64,000 nucleotides of DNA from Rhizobium sp. Q54 (GCA_945902735.1 CAMDNF010000001.1:10594-74593), one strand, 5' to 3'; counted from the first letter of the stretch, positions 20,139-29,976 are shown. Notes: generated by a model not told the origin, from the sequence alone. Made by a program: numbers and translations.

Positions 20139-22012
20139 TTGAACGCGCGGCCGCGCTCGAACCAAATAGCGCCGATGTGCATAACAGCCTCGGTTCGATC
20201 TTTGAGAAGCAAGGGCGATTGGAGGAAGCGGCGGCGGGTTTTGCGCGCGCCGCCGCGCTTCGCCCAGGCGCCATCGGTTTATTGCTGAGCCTTGCGTTCG
20301 TTCAACGCAAACTGGCGCGGTACGGCGAAGCGGTCATGACCGGCGAACGCGCGTTGGCGCTTGATCCCCGCTCGGTCGATGCGCTCAATTCCTTGGGCGT
20401 TTCACTTAAGAACGCCGGCCACAATGATGCGGCGTTGGATTGTTTTCGTCGGGCGATCGAATTGCGGCCGGTCAACCCCCAGGTCCATCTCGGTTATGCC
20501 AATGTGCTCTATGAGCTTAAACGCTTCGATGATGCCGTGGTCGCCTATCGCCGCGCCATTGAACTCAAGCCCGATTATGGCGAGGCGCATGGCAATCTTG
20601 GCGTCGTGTTGCAGGCGCTCGAGCGTTATGGCGAAGCACAAGATAGTTTTAAACGCGCGCTTGAGTTGATCGGCGATTCGCCCGAATTGTTGACCACCTA
20701 TGGGCTTACACTACAGGCGGTGGAGCGCTATGACGACGCGATCGTTCAGCATCGGAAAGCGCTCGCGCTCAAGCCTGATTTTCCATCGGCCTACAATAAT
20801 CTTGGTATCTCGCTCGCCGCGCTGAACCGCCGTGATGAGGCGCTCGCCGCCTATCGTCGTGCGCTGGAGATTCGCCCCGACTACCCGGAAGCGCTCAACA
20901 ATTTGGCCAATCTCTTGAAGGAATTGTCGCGGCCCGACGAGGCGCGGGCGGCCTATAATCGCGCGCTAGAGATCAGGCCCAATTTTCATGAGGCCGAGCT
21001 AAACCGCGCCAATATCGACTATGGGATGGGGGATATCAAAAAGGCGATCGGTGCCTATCGCGAAATCTTGGCGAAGGCGCCTGCGATGGTCGATACGCAT
21101 TTCAATTTGGCCTTGGCGCTGCTCACGCTGGGTGAATTCGCCGAAGGGTGGGAGGAGCATGAATGGCGCTGGCAGCGTCCCGGCGTCAAACCACATGGCT
21201 TCAAACAGCCGATGTGGCATCAGGCCGCGCCGCGCGGCGCCCGGGTTCTCGTTCATTCGGAGCAAAGCTTTGGCGATGCCATCCAGATGGCGCGCTATGT
21301 GCCGCGTATCGTCGCCCTCGGCCACCGCGTCAAAATCGGCGCGCCGAAGCCTTTGCGTCGTTGGCTCGCCACACTGCCCGAGGTTGAGGTCATCCAGACG
21401 GTCGAGCGCCATAACGAGGTTGATTTTCAAATTCCGTTCCTCAGCCTGCCACGTACGTTTGGTACAAGGCTTGAGACCATTCCGGCTGAGGTGCCCTATC
21501 TTCCAGTGCCGCTCGAGGAAGCGGCGCGCTTTCGCAAAAAACTCGGTGATGGGTTCAAGGTCGGCCTGGTTTGGCGCGGTAGCAAAATCCATAAGAACGA
21601 TCGCAACCGCTCGATTGATCCGCGTTTGTTGGCGCCCCTGTTCGGTATCGAGGCTGTGCGGATCGTCAGCCTTCAAAAGGAGCCGCGTCCGGGTGATTTG
21701 GCGGTCATGCGCGATCTCGGTCCGTTCATTGATCTCACGGCCGAGTTTTCCGATTTCGCGGCCACAGCCGCCTTTGTCGAAACGCTCGATCTCGTCGTCG
21801 CGGTCGATACCTCGGTCGCGCACGTCGCCGGCGCGCTCGGCAAGCCGCTATTTTTGATGCTGCCCTTCGTACCCGATTGGCGTTGGTTGCTCGACCGTGA
21901 CGATAGCCCCTGGTATCCCAGTGCGCGCCTGTTTCGCCAAACGCAGATCGGCGATTGGTCGGATGTCATAGAGCGTGTCGCGGCGGCCCTCCGCGAACGC
22001 GTTGCGCGATAA
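19982..22012 (+). CDS. TPR-repeat protein with C-terminal GT9-like domain, paralog 3
   Basis: Start placed at ATG 19982 (MAAVAHQQAG); the track ORF begins at a TTG at 19877. About 12 TPR units; SEQSFGDAIQMARYVP ... FAATAAFVETLDLVVAVDTSVAHVAGALGKPLFLMLP. Confidence 0.7.
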   Translation: MAAVAHQQAGRVAEAGALYDGLLEREPAHVAALLNLGSLKLQRGDHADALSLIERAAALEPNSADVHNSLGSIFEKQGRLEEAAAGFARAAALRPGAIGLLLSLAFVQRKLARYGEAVMTGERALALDPRSVDALNSLGVSLKNAGHNDAALDCFRRAIELRPVNPQVHLGYANVLYELKRFDDAVVAYRRAIELKPDYGEAHGNLGVVLQALERYGEAQDSFKRALELIGDSPELLTTYGLTLQAVERYDDAIVQHRKALALKPDFPSAYNNLGISLAALNRRDEALAAYRRALEIRPDYPEALNNLANLLKELSRPDEARAAYNRALEIRPNFHEAELNRANIDYGMGDIKKAIGAYREILAKAPAMVDTHFNLALALLTLGEFAEGWEEHEWRWQRPGVKPHGFKQPMWHQAAPRGARVLVHSEQSFGDAIQMARYVPRIVALGHRVKIGAPKPLRRWLATLPEVEVIQTVERHNEVDFQIPFLSLPRTFGTRLETIPAEVPYLPVPLEEAARFRKKLGDGFKVGLVWRGSKIHKNDRNRSIDPRLLAPLFGIEAVRIVSLQKEPRPGDLAVMRDLGPFIDLTAEFSDFAATAAFVETLDLVVAVDTSVAHVAGALGKPLFLMLPFVPDWRWLLDRDDSPWYPSARLFRQTQIGDWSDVIERVAAALRERVAR

Positions 22013-22018
22013 CTGGCG

Positions 22019-23389
22019 GTGACAATGGAGGACGAAACATCGGCGGATGAGCGGCTGGCCCGAGCGGTCACGGCCCATAGTCGGGGGGATCTGACCGAGG
22101 CCGAGCGACTTTATCGGGTGGTCTTGACCGCATGCCCGACACAGCGTGATGCGCTCAACAATCTCGGTGTGATTTGCGCTGAATCGGGGCGCATCGATGA
22201 AGCGAAGGCCCTCATCGAACGCGCCCTTGCGGCACATCCTGATTTTGCCGTAGCGCATAACAGTCTGGGCATCGTGCTGCGCCGGCTCGATCGCCTGGAT
22301 GACGCGGTCGATCATTATCGGCGCGCCGTCGAGCTCGATAATCGCTATGCCGAGGCCTTCACCAATCTCGGTCTGTCATTGCGGGCGCTTGGGCAGCACG
22401 ATGAGGCGATCGCAGCGATGCGTCGTGTCGTGACCTTGCGGCCGGAATCGGCTGATGCCCATATGAGCCTCGCCTCGACTCTGCTGATGACCGGTAATTT
22501 CGCCGAGGGCCGGCGCGAATATGAGTGGCGTTGGAAATTGGAGCGTCTGCCGCCACCGCCGGTGCTCGCGCCGCCTTGGACGCTCGATGCGCCGAGGGGA
22601 AGTTCCGTGTTGCTCAATACCGAGCAAGGCTTCGGCGATACCATTCAATTTACGCGCTTTGCGCCTTTCCTTGTCGAACGGGGCCATCGCGTAGTGCTTG
22701 AGGTGCGCGAGCCATTGCAGCGCCTGTTTGCTGGTGCTTTACCGGGCGTCGAGATCATTGTGCGGGGCGCGAAGATCGGGCCGGTTGACCGGCAGATCGC
22801 GCTGTTGAGCCTACCGCGCGTCATGGGAACCACGCTCGATACTATTCCCACGAAGGTGCCCTATTTGTCGGCCGATATTGACGCGGTTGAGCGGTGGCGC
22901 GCGCGGCTTGATTTCAAACGACCAAACATTGGATTGGTGTGGCGTGGTAGCGCGACGCATGGCAAGGACCGCGCCCGTTCGCTCGATCCCGCATTGCTAG
23001 CGCCGTTATTTGCGATCGATGGTGTGCAGCTGGTCAGCCTGCAAAAAGCACCAAGGCCTGGTGACCTCGATGTTATCGCGCGGCTCGGTCGGCTCGAGGA
23101 TTGGACGGCGGAGCTTGACGACTTCGCGGATACCGCCGCGCTGATCTCAGCCCTCGATTTGGTGATCACGGTCGATACGTCGGCCGCGCATCTGGCAGGC
23201 GCCTTGGCCAAGCCGTTCTGGGTCATGCTGCCGCACGTGCCCGATTGGCGTTGGCTTCTGGCGCGTGAGGATAGCCCGTGGTATCCGACCGCGCGGCTGT
23301 TTCGCCAAACCCGCCTGGATGATTGGGAGGGCGTTATTCAACGGGTTGGCACGGCGCTGATTGAGTGGTGGGGAAAGCGCGCGCCGTAA
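22019..23389 (+). CDS. TPR-repeat protein with C-terminal GT9-like domain, paralog 4
   Basis: 456 aa; about 4 TPR units; TEQGFGDTIQFTRFAP ... FADTAALISALDLVITVDTSAAHLAGALAKPFWVMLP. Confidence 0.75.
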   Translation: MTMEDETSADERLARAVTAHSRGDLTEAERLYRVVLTACPTQRDALNNLGVICAESGRIDEAKALIERALAAHPDFAVAHNSLGIVLRRLDRLDDAVDHYRRAVELDNRYAEAFTNLGLSLRALGQHDEAIAAMRRVVTLRPESADAHMSLASTLLMTGNFAEGRREYEWRWKLERLPPPPVLAPPWTLDAPRGSSVLLNTEQGFGDTIQFTRFAPFLVERGHRVVLEVREPLQRLFAGALPGVEIIVRGAKIGPVDRQIALLSLPRVMGTTLDTIPTKVPYLSADIDAVERWRARLDFKRPNIGLVWRGSATHGKDRARSLDPALLAPLFAIDGVQLVSLQKAPRPGDLDVIARLGRLEDWTAELDDFADTAALISALDLVITVDTSAAHLAGALAKPFWVMLPHVPDWRWLLAREDSPWYPTARLFRQTRLDDWEGVIQRVGTALIEWWGKRAP

Positions 23390-23413
23390 TGCGATTCAGG
23401 CTAAGATGTCTGC

Positions 23414-24154
23414 ATGAGGGAGTTCGTCGAGATCGTCGTGTTGCCGCCGACCAGCCTATTCATTTTGGGCGCGCTCGGTCTCGTGCTGTTGGTCTTTCGT
23501 GTTCGCTTCGGCGGATTTCTTTGCGTGCTCGCCCTCATTCTGCTCTATGCGCTTTCGACCCCGGCCGTGGCACGCGCGATTGGCATGCCACTCAATGCGG
23601 CGCCCGCGCTCGAGCCGGCGCGCTTCGAGGATGATGTTGGCGCCATCGTGATTCTGGGTGCCGGGCGCTATGCCCAGGCGCCCGAATATGGCGGCGATAC
23701 GATCAGCGGCAACGGGCTCGAGCGCGTGCGCTATGGTGCGTGGCTGCATCGCAAGACGGGTCGGCCCATTTTGGTCAGCGGGGGCGACCCCGATATGGCT
23801 GGCATCCCCGAGGCAACCTTGATGAAACGCGCGCTCGAAAGCGAATTCGGCGTGACCGTGGCGTGGATCGAGGCGGCCTCGGCCAACACCGCCGAAAACG
23901 CCAGCCTCAGCCAGGCGATTCTTGAGAAAGCGGGCATCAAGAAGATTTATCTGGTTACCCACGCCCAGCATATGCGCCGCGCGGTCGAGGCGTTCGAGCG
24001 GACCGGGCTTCTTGTCGTGCCGGCGCCGACGATCCTGCCCCGGCAACGCGGCCTTGCGCCCGCAGACTTCATCCCCACGGGCGGCGCCATGAGCACGAGC
24101 GCGCGCGTGGTCCATGAATGGCTCGGCCGCGCCTGGTACGCGCTGGCGGAGTGA
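23414..24154 (+). CDS. DUF218 (YdcF/ElyC/SanA-like) membrane protein
   Basis: 246 aa; two N-terminal TM helices then AIVILGAG...ILVSGG...NTAENA...KIYLVTHAQHMRR, typical of DUF218. Confidence 0.7.
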   Translation: MREFVEIVVLPPTSLFILGALGLVLLVFRVRFGGFLCVLALILLYALSTPAVARAIGMPLNAAPALEPARFEDDVGAIVILGAGRYAQAPEYGGDTISGNGLERVRYGAWLHRKTGRPILVSGGDPDMAGIPEATLMKRALESEFGVTVAWIEAASANTAENASLSQAILEKAGIKKIYLVTHAQHMRRAVEAFERTGLLVVPAPTILPRQRGLAPADFIPTGGAMSTSARVVHEWLGRAWYALAE

Positions 24155-24183
24155 CAAGCGCCATGTTAGAGAGGCGGCGCCAA

Positions 24184-24257
24184 TGGGGCGTGGCCAAGCG
24201 GTAAGGCAACGGTTTTTGGTACCGTGATCCCAGGTTCGAATCCTGGCGCCCCAACCA
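24184..24257 (+). tRNA. tRNA-Gln (anticodon UUG)
   Basis: Hand-folded cloverleaf: acceptor TGGGGCG/CGCCCCA with the U1:A72 pair typical of bacterial tRNA-Gln; anticodon stem ACGGT/ACCGT with loop TTTTGGT (anticodon TTG); T-arm CCAGGTTCGAATCCTGG; 3' CCA encoded. Coordinates +/-2 nt. Confidence 0.85.
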
Positions 24258-24282
24258 TTTCCTCGACCGACCGTGAAAAGGA

Positions 24283-24936
24283 ATGACGGGCATGTCAGCC
24301 AAGACGACCCTGCCCATTCGCAGTACCGATTCCGGGCGCGCCGCCGCCGAGCAGGTGCGGGCCTTGCTGCGGCGTTCCATTGCGGTGAAAGAGAGTTTGA
24401 TCGCCGGCCATGCCGAGCGTGTGGTCGAGATCGCTGAGCTATGCGCGGCCGCGCTTGCCGCCGGCGGCAAATTGATGTTTTGCGGCAATGGCGGCTCGGC
24501 CGCCGATGCTCAGCACCTCGCGGCCGAACTTTTGATTCGGCTGCGCTCCGAGGTCAATCGTCAGGGGCTACCGGCGCTCGCGCTCGCCACCGATTCCTCG
24601 TCGCTCACCGCGTGCGGCAATGACTATGACTTCGAAACCTATTATGCCCGCATGGCCGAAACCTTGGGTCGACCCGGCGATGTGCTGATCGCGATCACCA
24701 CCTCGGGCCGCTCGCCCAATATCGTGCGCGTGCTGCAAGCGGTGCGAACAAAGGGCATTAAGACGGTTGGCCTGCTTGGCAATGATGGCGGGCCGGCGCT
24801 GGCCGAATGCGATCTCGCGTTGATCGTGCCGTCAAAGGAAACCGGGCGCATTCAAGAAGCCCATATCGCGATCGGCCACGCGGTGATGGAGCTGATCGAG
24901 GACCGCCTGCTGGCGGCTGGCTTGATCAAGAGTTGA
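24283..24936 (+). CDS. gmhA: D-sedoheptulose-7-phosphate isomerase (SIS domain, GmhA)
   Basis: 217 aa; GKLMFCGNGGSAADAQHLAAEL ... ITTSGRSPNIV are the GmhA/SIS motifs. Confidence 0.85.
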   Translation: MTGMSAKTTLPIRSTDSGRAAAEQVRALLRRSIAVKESLIAGHAERVVEIAELCAAALAAGGKLMFCGNGGSAADAQHLAAELLIRLRSEVNRQGLPALALATDSSSLTACGNDYDFETYYARMAETLGRPGDVLIAITTSGRSPNIVRVLQAVRTKGIKTVGLLGNDGGPALAECDLALIVPSKETGRIQEAHIAIGHAVMELIEDRLLAAGLIKS

Positions 24937-24946
24937 TGTGGCGCCC

Positions 24947-25819
24947 CTAGCGCGTCGGAACCGGTGTCGGCCCTGAATAATTGTAGAACCCTTTGCCGGT
25001 CTTGCGGCCGAGCCAACCGGCCTCGACATATTTCGCGAGCAGCGGGCAGGGGCGGTATTTGCTATCGGCCAGGCCCTCATAGAGCACCTGCATGATGGCA
25101 TGACAAGTGTCGAGCCCGATGAAATCGGCCAGCTCCAGAGGGCCCATCGGGTGATGCGCGCCGAGCTTCATGGCGGTGTCGATATTCTGCACCGAGCCGA
25201 CGCCCTCATAGAGCGCGTAGATCGCCTCGTTGATCATCGGCAACAGGATGCGGTTGACGATGAAGGCGGGGAAATCCTCGGCGGTGGCCGAGGTCTTGCC
25301 GAGCTTCAAGGTCAGCTCATGAATGGTTTTATAGACCGTCTCATCGGTCGCGATACCGCGCACCAACTCAACCAATTCCATGCGTGGCACGGGGTTCATG
25401 AAATGCATGCCCATGAAGCGCTCGGGCCGATCGGTCGCCGCGGCGAGCCGCGTGATCGAGATCGACGAGGTGTTCGAACAGATGATCGCTTCGGGCTTCA
25501 GCACGCCCTTCAATTTGGCGTAGATGGCTTTTTTGATCACTTCGTTTTCGGCGGCGGCCTCGATCACGAGATCGACATTCTTGAGCGCGTCGATATCGGC
25601 GGCGGGTTTGATCAACGCCAGCGCGGCAGCCTTCTGATCGGCCGTGATCAAGCCCTTATTGACCTGCCGGCCGAGACTTTGCTCGATCGTCGCAAGGCCC
25701 TTTTTGATCTGCTCTTGCGAGATATCAGAGAGCAACACCTCGAAGCCTTTGAGCGCGAACACATGGGCAATGCCATTGCCCATTTGGCCCGCGCCGATGA
25801 TGGCGATCGTTTTGATCAT
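24947..25819 (-). CDS. hbd: 3-hydroxybutyryl-CoA / 3-hydroxyacyl-CoA dehydrogenase
   Basis: 290 aa; IAIIGAGQMGNGIAHV Rossmann motif; NTSSISIT; C-terminal dimerisation domain. Confidence 0.9.
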   Translation of the reverse strand: MIKTIAIIGAGQMGNGIAHVFALKGFEVLLSDISQEQIKKGLATIEQSLGRQVNKGLITADQKAAALALIKPAADIDALKNVDLVIEAAAENEVIKKAIYAKLKGVLKPEAIICSNTSSISITRLAAATDRPERFMGMHFMNPVPRMELVELVRGIATDETVYKTIHELTLKLGKTSATAEDFPAFIVNRILLPMINEAIYALYEGVGSVQNIDTAMKLGAHHPMGPLELADFIGLDTCHAIMQVLYEGLADSKYRPCPLLAKYVEAGWLGRKTGKGFYNYSGPTPVPTR

Positions 25820-25863
25820 GGACGTTCTCTCGCCGCGCGGGGGTGGCGCGGCGCCTCCTCATC

Positions 25864-26829
25864 TCAGCTTGATGGCTTGTTCTTCGATAGGCCCTGCTTG
25901 TCGAGTTCGGCCGCAAGCTCGGGCAGTGCTTTGAACAAATCGGCGACCAGACCGTAATCGGCAACCTGAAAGATCGGCGCTTCGGCATCTTTGTTGATGG
26001 CGACGATCACCTTCGAATCTTTCATGCCGGCGAGATGTTGGATCGCGCCTGAAATGCCGACCGCGACATAGAGATCAGGCGCCACCACCTTGCCGGTTTG
26101 CCCGACCTGATAGTCGTTCGGCACAAAGCCGGCATCGACCGCCGCGCGAGAGGCCCCAACGCCGGCGCCCAAGCGATCGGCGACCGCTTCGATCAGTTTG
26201 AAATTGTCGCCGCTCTGCATGCCGCGCCCACCGGAGACGATAATCCGCGCGCTGGTCAGCTCCGGGCGGCCGGTATTGGCGAGCTCGGCTTTGACAAAGC
26301 GCGATAGGCCTTTATCGCCCGCGCCGCTCGCGGCCTCGATCGTGGCGTTGCCGCCATCTGCCGCAGCCGGCTCAAAGGCCGTCGCGCGCACCGTAATGAC
26401 ACGCTTGGCATCGAGGCTTTGCACCGTTGCCATTGCATTGCCGGCATAGGTCGGCCGTACAAAGGTATCGGGTGAAATGATTTGGGAGATTTCGGAAATC
26501 TGCGCGACGTCCAAGAGCGCGGCAATGCGCGGCATCAAGTTTTTGCCGAACGTGGTGGCGGTTGCGAGCAGATGCGTATAGCCGCCAGCCAGCCCAACCG
26601 CGAGCGGCGCCATATTTTCGGCGAGGCCATGGCCATAGGCCGGGTCATCGGCGTGCAAAACTTTGCGCACGCCGGCCACTTTTGCGGCCTGCGCGGCGAC
26701 ACCTTGCGCGCCGGCGCCGGCGACCAGTAGATCGACCTCGCCGCCAAGCGCCTTGGCCGCCGTCACCGCGTGAAGCGTCGCACGCTTGAGCGATTTGTTG
26801 TCGTGTTCGGCAATGACAAGCGCGCTCAT
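25864..26829 (-). CDS. etfA: electron transfer flavoprotein subunit alpha
   Basis: 321 aa; C-terminal FAD-binding region IVSGGRGM...[28 protein letters not shown]. Confidence 0.9.
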   Translation of the reverse strand: MSALVIAEHDNKSLKRATLHAVTAAKALGGEVDLLVAGAGAQGVAAQAAKVAGVRKVLHADDPAYGHGLAENMAPLAVGLAGGYTHLLATATTFGKNLMPRIAALLDVAQISEISQIISPDTFVRPTYAGNAMATVQSLDAKRVITVRATAFEPAAADGGNATIEAASGAGDKGLSRFVKAELANTGRPELTSARIIVSGGRGMQSGDNFKLIEAVADRLGAGVGASRAAVDAGFVPNDYQVGQTGKVVAPDLYVAVGISGAIQHLAGMKDSKVIVAINKDAEAPIFQVADYGLVADLFKALPELAAELDKQGLSKNKPSS

Positions 26830-27578
26830 CCGATCACCTTCGCTTCGGAGCGGAGTTTGCTGACCAATTCGGCGACATCGGCGACCTTGACGCCGCCTTT
26901 GCGCCGCGCCGGCTCTTCAACCTTCAACACCTTGAGGCGTGGGGTCACGTCGACGCCTAGATCTTCCGGCTTCAGCGTGTCGATGGTTTTCTTTTTCGCC
27001 TTCATGATATTGGGCAGCGAGGCATAACGCGGCTCATTCAGCCGCAAATCGGTCGTCACGATCGCGGGCAGATTGATCGCGATCGTCTCGAGCCCGCCAT
27101 CGACCTCGCGCGTGACCTCGGCACCTTCGCCCTCGATCTTTAGCTTCGAGGCAAAGGTCGCTTGCGGCCAATCCAAGAGCGCGGCCAACATTTGGCCGGT
27201 CTGGTTGTTGTCGTCATCGATCGCTTGCTTGCCGAGGATAATAAGCTTCGGTTGTTCCTTGGCCGCGATCGCCTTCAAAAGTTTTGCGATGGCGAGCGGC
27301 TGCAAGGCAACGTCCGTCACCACATGAATGGCGCGGTCGGCGCCAATCGCGAGCGCCGAGCGTAAGGTCTCCTGCACGGCTTGGGGGCCAGCCGAAACCG
27401 CGATCACTTCGCTCGCAATATTCGCTTCGCGTAATCGCACGGCCTCTTCGATCGCGATTTCGCAAAACGGATTCATCGCCATTTTTACATTCGCGGTCTC
27501 GACGCCCGTACCGTCCGCCTTGACGCGGACTTTGACATTGGCGTCGATCGTTCGCTTTACCGCGACAAGCACCTTCAT
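26826..27578 (-). CDS. etfB: electron transfer flavoprotein subunit beta
   Basis: 250 aa; [19 protein letters not shown]...[14 protein letters not shown]; 4-nt overlap with etfA. Confidence 0.9.
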   Translation of the reverse strand: MKVLVAVKRTIDANVKVRVKADGTGVETANVKMAMNPFCEIAIEEAVRLREANIASEVIAVSAGPQAVQETLRSALAIGADRAIHVVTDVALQPLAIAKLLKAIAAKEQPKLIILGKQAIDDDNNQTGQMLAALLDWPQATFASKLKIEGEGAEVTREVDGGLETIAINLPAIVTTDLRLNEPRYASLPNIMKAKKKTIDTLKPEDLGVDVTPRLKVLKVEEPARRKGGVKVADVAELVSKLRSEAKVIG

Positions 27579-27755
27579 TGTTGTTCGTCCCTCATTTGCT
27601 CAAGGCCCCGACAGGCCGCAATATGGCGGGCGGCGCCCCATTCTAGGCGACCCGCGGCACATTTCTTCGCAAATGCAATAGAACCGATGCGCGGACTTCG
27701 CAGACGCACCATAGGCGGGTGTCCTTTGTGAAGTCAACGCCGCCACTGGCGCGGC

Positions 27756-28310
27756 TTATCGGTTGGCGCCGGGGACCCAGAGGACGTCGCGGGCGCCCTT
27801 GTCGTTCAGGTCGCGGCCAAGCACGAAAAGGTGGTCTGAGAGCCGGTTGAGATAGACGATCGCGAGTGGGTTGACCGCGTCTTCGCGCGCGAGGGCAACG
27901 GTGAGGCGCTCGGCCCGGCGCGCCACCGTGCGGGCCAAATGAAGATAGGCCGAGGCCGCCGTGCCGCCCGGCAGGATGAACGATTCAAGCGGCTTCAATT
28001 CGGCGTTCATCGCATCGATTTCGTGCTCGAGTCGGTCGATCTGCGCCTGCACGATTTGCAGCGCGCCGGGCTTCGGCTTCGGGTTGCAGAGATCGGCGCC
28101 AAGGTCGAACAAATCGTTTTGAATACGCCCGAGCATGGCATCGGCCGCGCCTTCGGTGTGGAGACGCGCGAGGCCGATCGCGGCATTCGCTTCATCGACC
28201 GTGCCGAAGCTCTCGACCCTCAGATCGTCTTTCGGCGTGCGCGAGCCATCGCCGAGCGAGGTTTCGCCCTTGTCGCCGCCTCGCGTATAGATGCGCGTCA
28301 GACGAACCAT
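27756..28310 (-). CDS. PduO-type ATP:cob(I)alamin adenosyltransferase
   Basis: Start at MVRLTRIYTRGGDKGETSLGDGSR (the track ORF extends to 28379); conserved PduO-type motifs throughout. Confidence 0.8.
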   Translation of the reverse strand: MVRLTRIYTRGGDKGETSLGDGSRTPKDDLRVESFGTVDEANAAIGLARLHTEGAADAMLGRIQNDLFDLGADLCNPKPKPGALQIVQAQIDRLEHEIDAMNAELKPLESFILPGGTAASAYLHLARTVARRAERLTVALAREDAVNPLAIVYLNRLSDHLFVLGRDLNDKGARDVLWVPGANR

Positions 28311-28317
28311 GGCCGGC

Positions 28318-28512
28318 CTATTTCTTGAAGACGAAAACGAGGATCGCCAGCAGGGCGACCGCGGCCAATTGCAAGCCAACGCGCCAGCGCATCAACCGAT
28401 TGCCGCGATTGCCATCCTTGCCGCCCTTGCCGATCGTGCCGAGCCCCATGAACAGCACGACAACCGTTCCGGCCATGGCGACATAGACCAAGATTTGAAC
28501 GACCGTGCTCAT
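28318..28512 (-). CDS. twin-transmembrane-helix small protein (HIG1-like)
   Basis: Start at MSTVVQILVYVAMAGTVVVLFMGL; two hydrophobic helices; basic tail. Confidence 0.5.
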   Translation of the reverse strand: MSTVVQILVYVAMAGTVVVLFMGLGTIGKGGKDGNRGNRLMRWRVGLQLAAVALLAILVFVFKK

Positions 28513-28780
28513 GGTTCCAGACTCGGTGATGCCTATTCTACGCCGACGTAGGCCGGCCCGTGCGGCCAAAGGCGTGACATTCAGCCCGGCAATGGTCAAG
28601 TCAAACCGCGATCATGGGCCCGGCTTGCCGGCCGGGGTATCCTTGGGTACTCTAGCGTTATGGACCTGGAGCAACCGATCCGCAGCCTGTGCGCGGCGCG
28701 AATTACGGACCCGGCGCTTATCAAGCGCCGGGCTTCTTTGATTCGCCCCCTCAGCCCTGCTTTATCGGAGTTGCTCCGCC

Positions 28781-29092
28781 ATGTCGTATTCTAACGAATC
28801 GCCCTATTCACCCCCTTTAGCCGTTACCAGCTTTTCGGTTCAGACCGACGCCGAGCCAACCACGCTGGCCCGCGTGCTCGAAGTCTTCGCTTTGCGCGAG
28901 GTGATGCCGGCGCGCTTCCACAGCGTCGTCGACCCACTGCCGCTCAATGAGCCGAACACGGGCCGCCTCAATGTCGACATTCAAGTTGCTGGGTTGGCGC
29001 CCGAGGCCGCCGAAGCCATCGCGCGTAAGCTCGCGGCGGTGATCGGGGTGCGTTCGGTGTTGACCGAAGGGCCGGCCACTTGTTCCGGTTGA
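28781..29092 (+). CDS. hypothetical protein (103 aa)
   Basis: Complete ORF with plausible spacing; no motif recognised. Confidence 0.4.
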   Translation: MSYSNESPYSPPLAVTSFSVQTDAEPTTLARVLEVFALREVMPARFHSVVDPLPLNEPNTGRLNVDIQVAGLAPEAAEAIARKLAAVIGVRSVLTEGPATCSG

Positions 29093-29097
29093 GCCGA

Positions 29098-29976
29098 TCA
29101 GCCCCTCAATAAGGGGTCGAATAGGCCGGTTTCCAGCACGGCGATGATCGCCTCGGGCGCGACGCCATTCTCACGGAGCGTCGCCAGATTAAGCGCGTTG
29201 TCGCGTTTGGCGAAGCGCCGACCGCTCGAATCCGTGATCAGCCGGTGGTGCGCGTAGTCTGGCGTGTCGAGCCCGAGCAGGGCCTGAAGCAAACGGTGAA
29301 TGTGGGTGGCTTCGAACAAATCTTCGCCGCGCGTGACCAAGTTTACGCCCTGTAGATGATCGTCGAGCGTTGCCGCCAAATGATAGCTCGTGGGCATTTC
29401 CTTGCGCGCGATGACGATATCGCCGAAGCGGTCGGGCCGGGCCTTGATGCGTCCCTGGTTGCGGTCGTGCCAATCGAGCGGGCCAGTTTGGGTCAACGCC
29501 GCTTGGACATTGAGGCGTAGCGCAAAAACCTCGCCGTGCGCGATGCGTGCCGCGCGTTCGGCGGCGGACAACATGCGGCAGATGCCGGGATAGATCGGCT
29601 CGGGTTGTTCGTTTGATAGGTGCGGCGCCGCGCCGGCGCGCGCGATTTCGGCCTTGATCGCGGCGCGCGTGCAGAAACAGGGATAGATCAAACCCGCTTG
29701 TTCGAGGCGTGCGAGGGCGGCCGCATAATCCGCCATATGTTCAGATTGGCGGCGTAGCGGGCCATCCCAAACGAGGCCGAGCCAGGCGAGGTCGCGCTGG
29801 AGCGCGGCGTCGAACGCGGGTTTGCAGCGGGTTGGATCGATGTCTTCGATACGCAGCAGGAAGCGCCCGTCTTCGGTTTTGGCCGCGCGCCAGGCCGTGA
29901 AGGCCGCAAAGGCATGGCCGAGATGCAGAAGGCCGGTTGGGCTCGGCGCAAAGCGTGTGACGGTTCGACGCGTCAT
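29098..29976 (-). CDS. gluQ: glutamyl-Q tRNA(Asp) synthetase
   Basis: 292 aa; RFAPSPTGLLHLGHA (HIGH motif); truncated GluRS catalytic domain without an anticodon-binding domain. Confidence 0.85.
   Translation of the reverse strand: MTRRTVTRFAPSPTGLLHLGHAFAAFTAWRAAKTEDGRFLLRIEDIDPTRCKPAFDAALQRDLAWLGLVWDGPLRRQSEHMADYAAALARLEQAGLIYPCFCTRAAIKAEIARAGAAPHLSNEQPEPIYPGICRMLSAAERAARIAHGEVFALRLNVQAALTQTGPLDWHDRNQGRIKARPDRFGDIVIARKEMPTSYHLAATLDDHLQGVNLVTRGEDLFEATHIHRLLQALLGLDTPDYAHHRLITDSSGRRFAKRDNALNLATLRENGVAPEAIIAVLETGLFDPLLRG

Noticed and set aside
20999-21857. Overlapping +/- ORFs (274 and 278 aa) inside TPR-GT9 paralog 3; also 15398..16186 inside the epimerase and 18186..18737 inside paralog 2
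   Set aside because: Alternative-frame or antisense ORFs inside genes with strong homology signals; no motifs.
24184-24257. tRNA-Gln as an integration hotspot (looked for a duplicated tRNA 3' end nearby)
   Set aside because: No second copy of the tRNA 3' segment (TTCGAATCCTGGCGCCCCA) was seen elsewhere in the window, and the flanking genes (DUF218, gmhA) look native.
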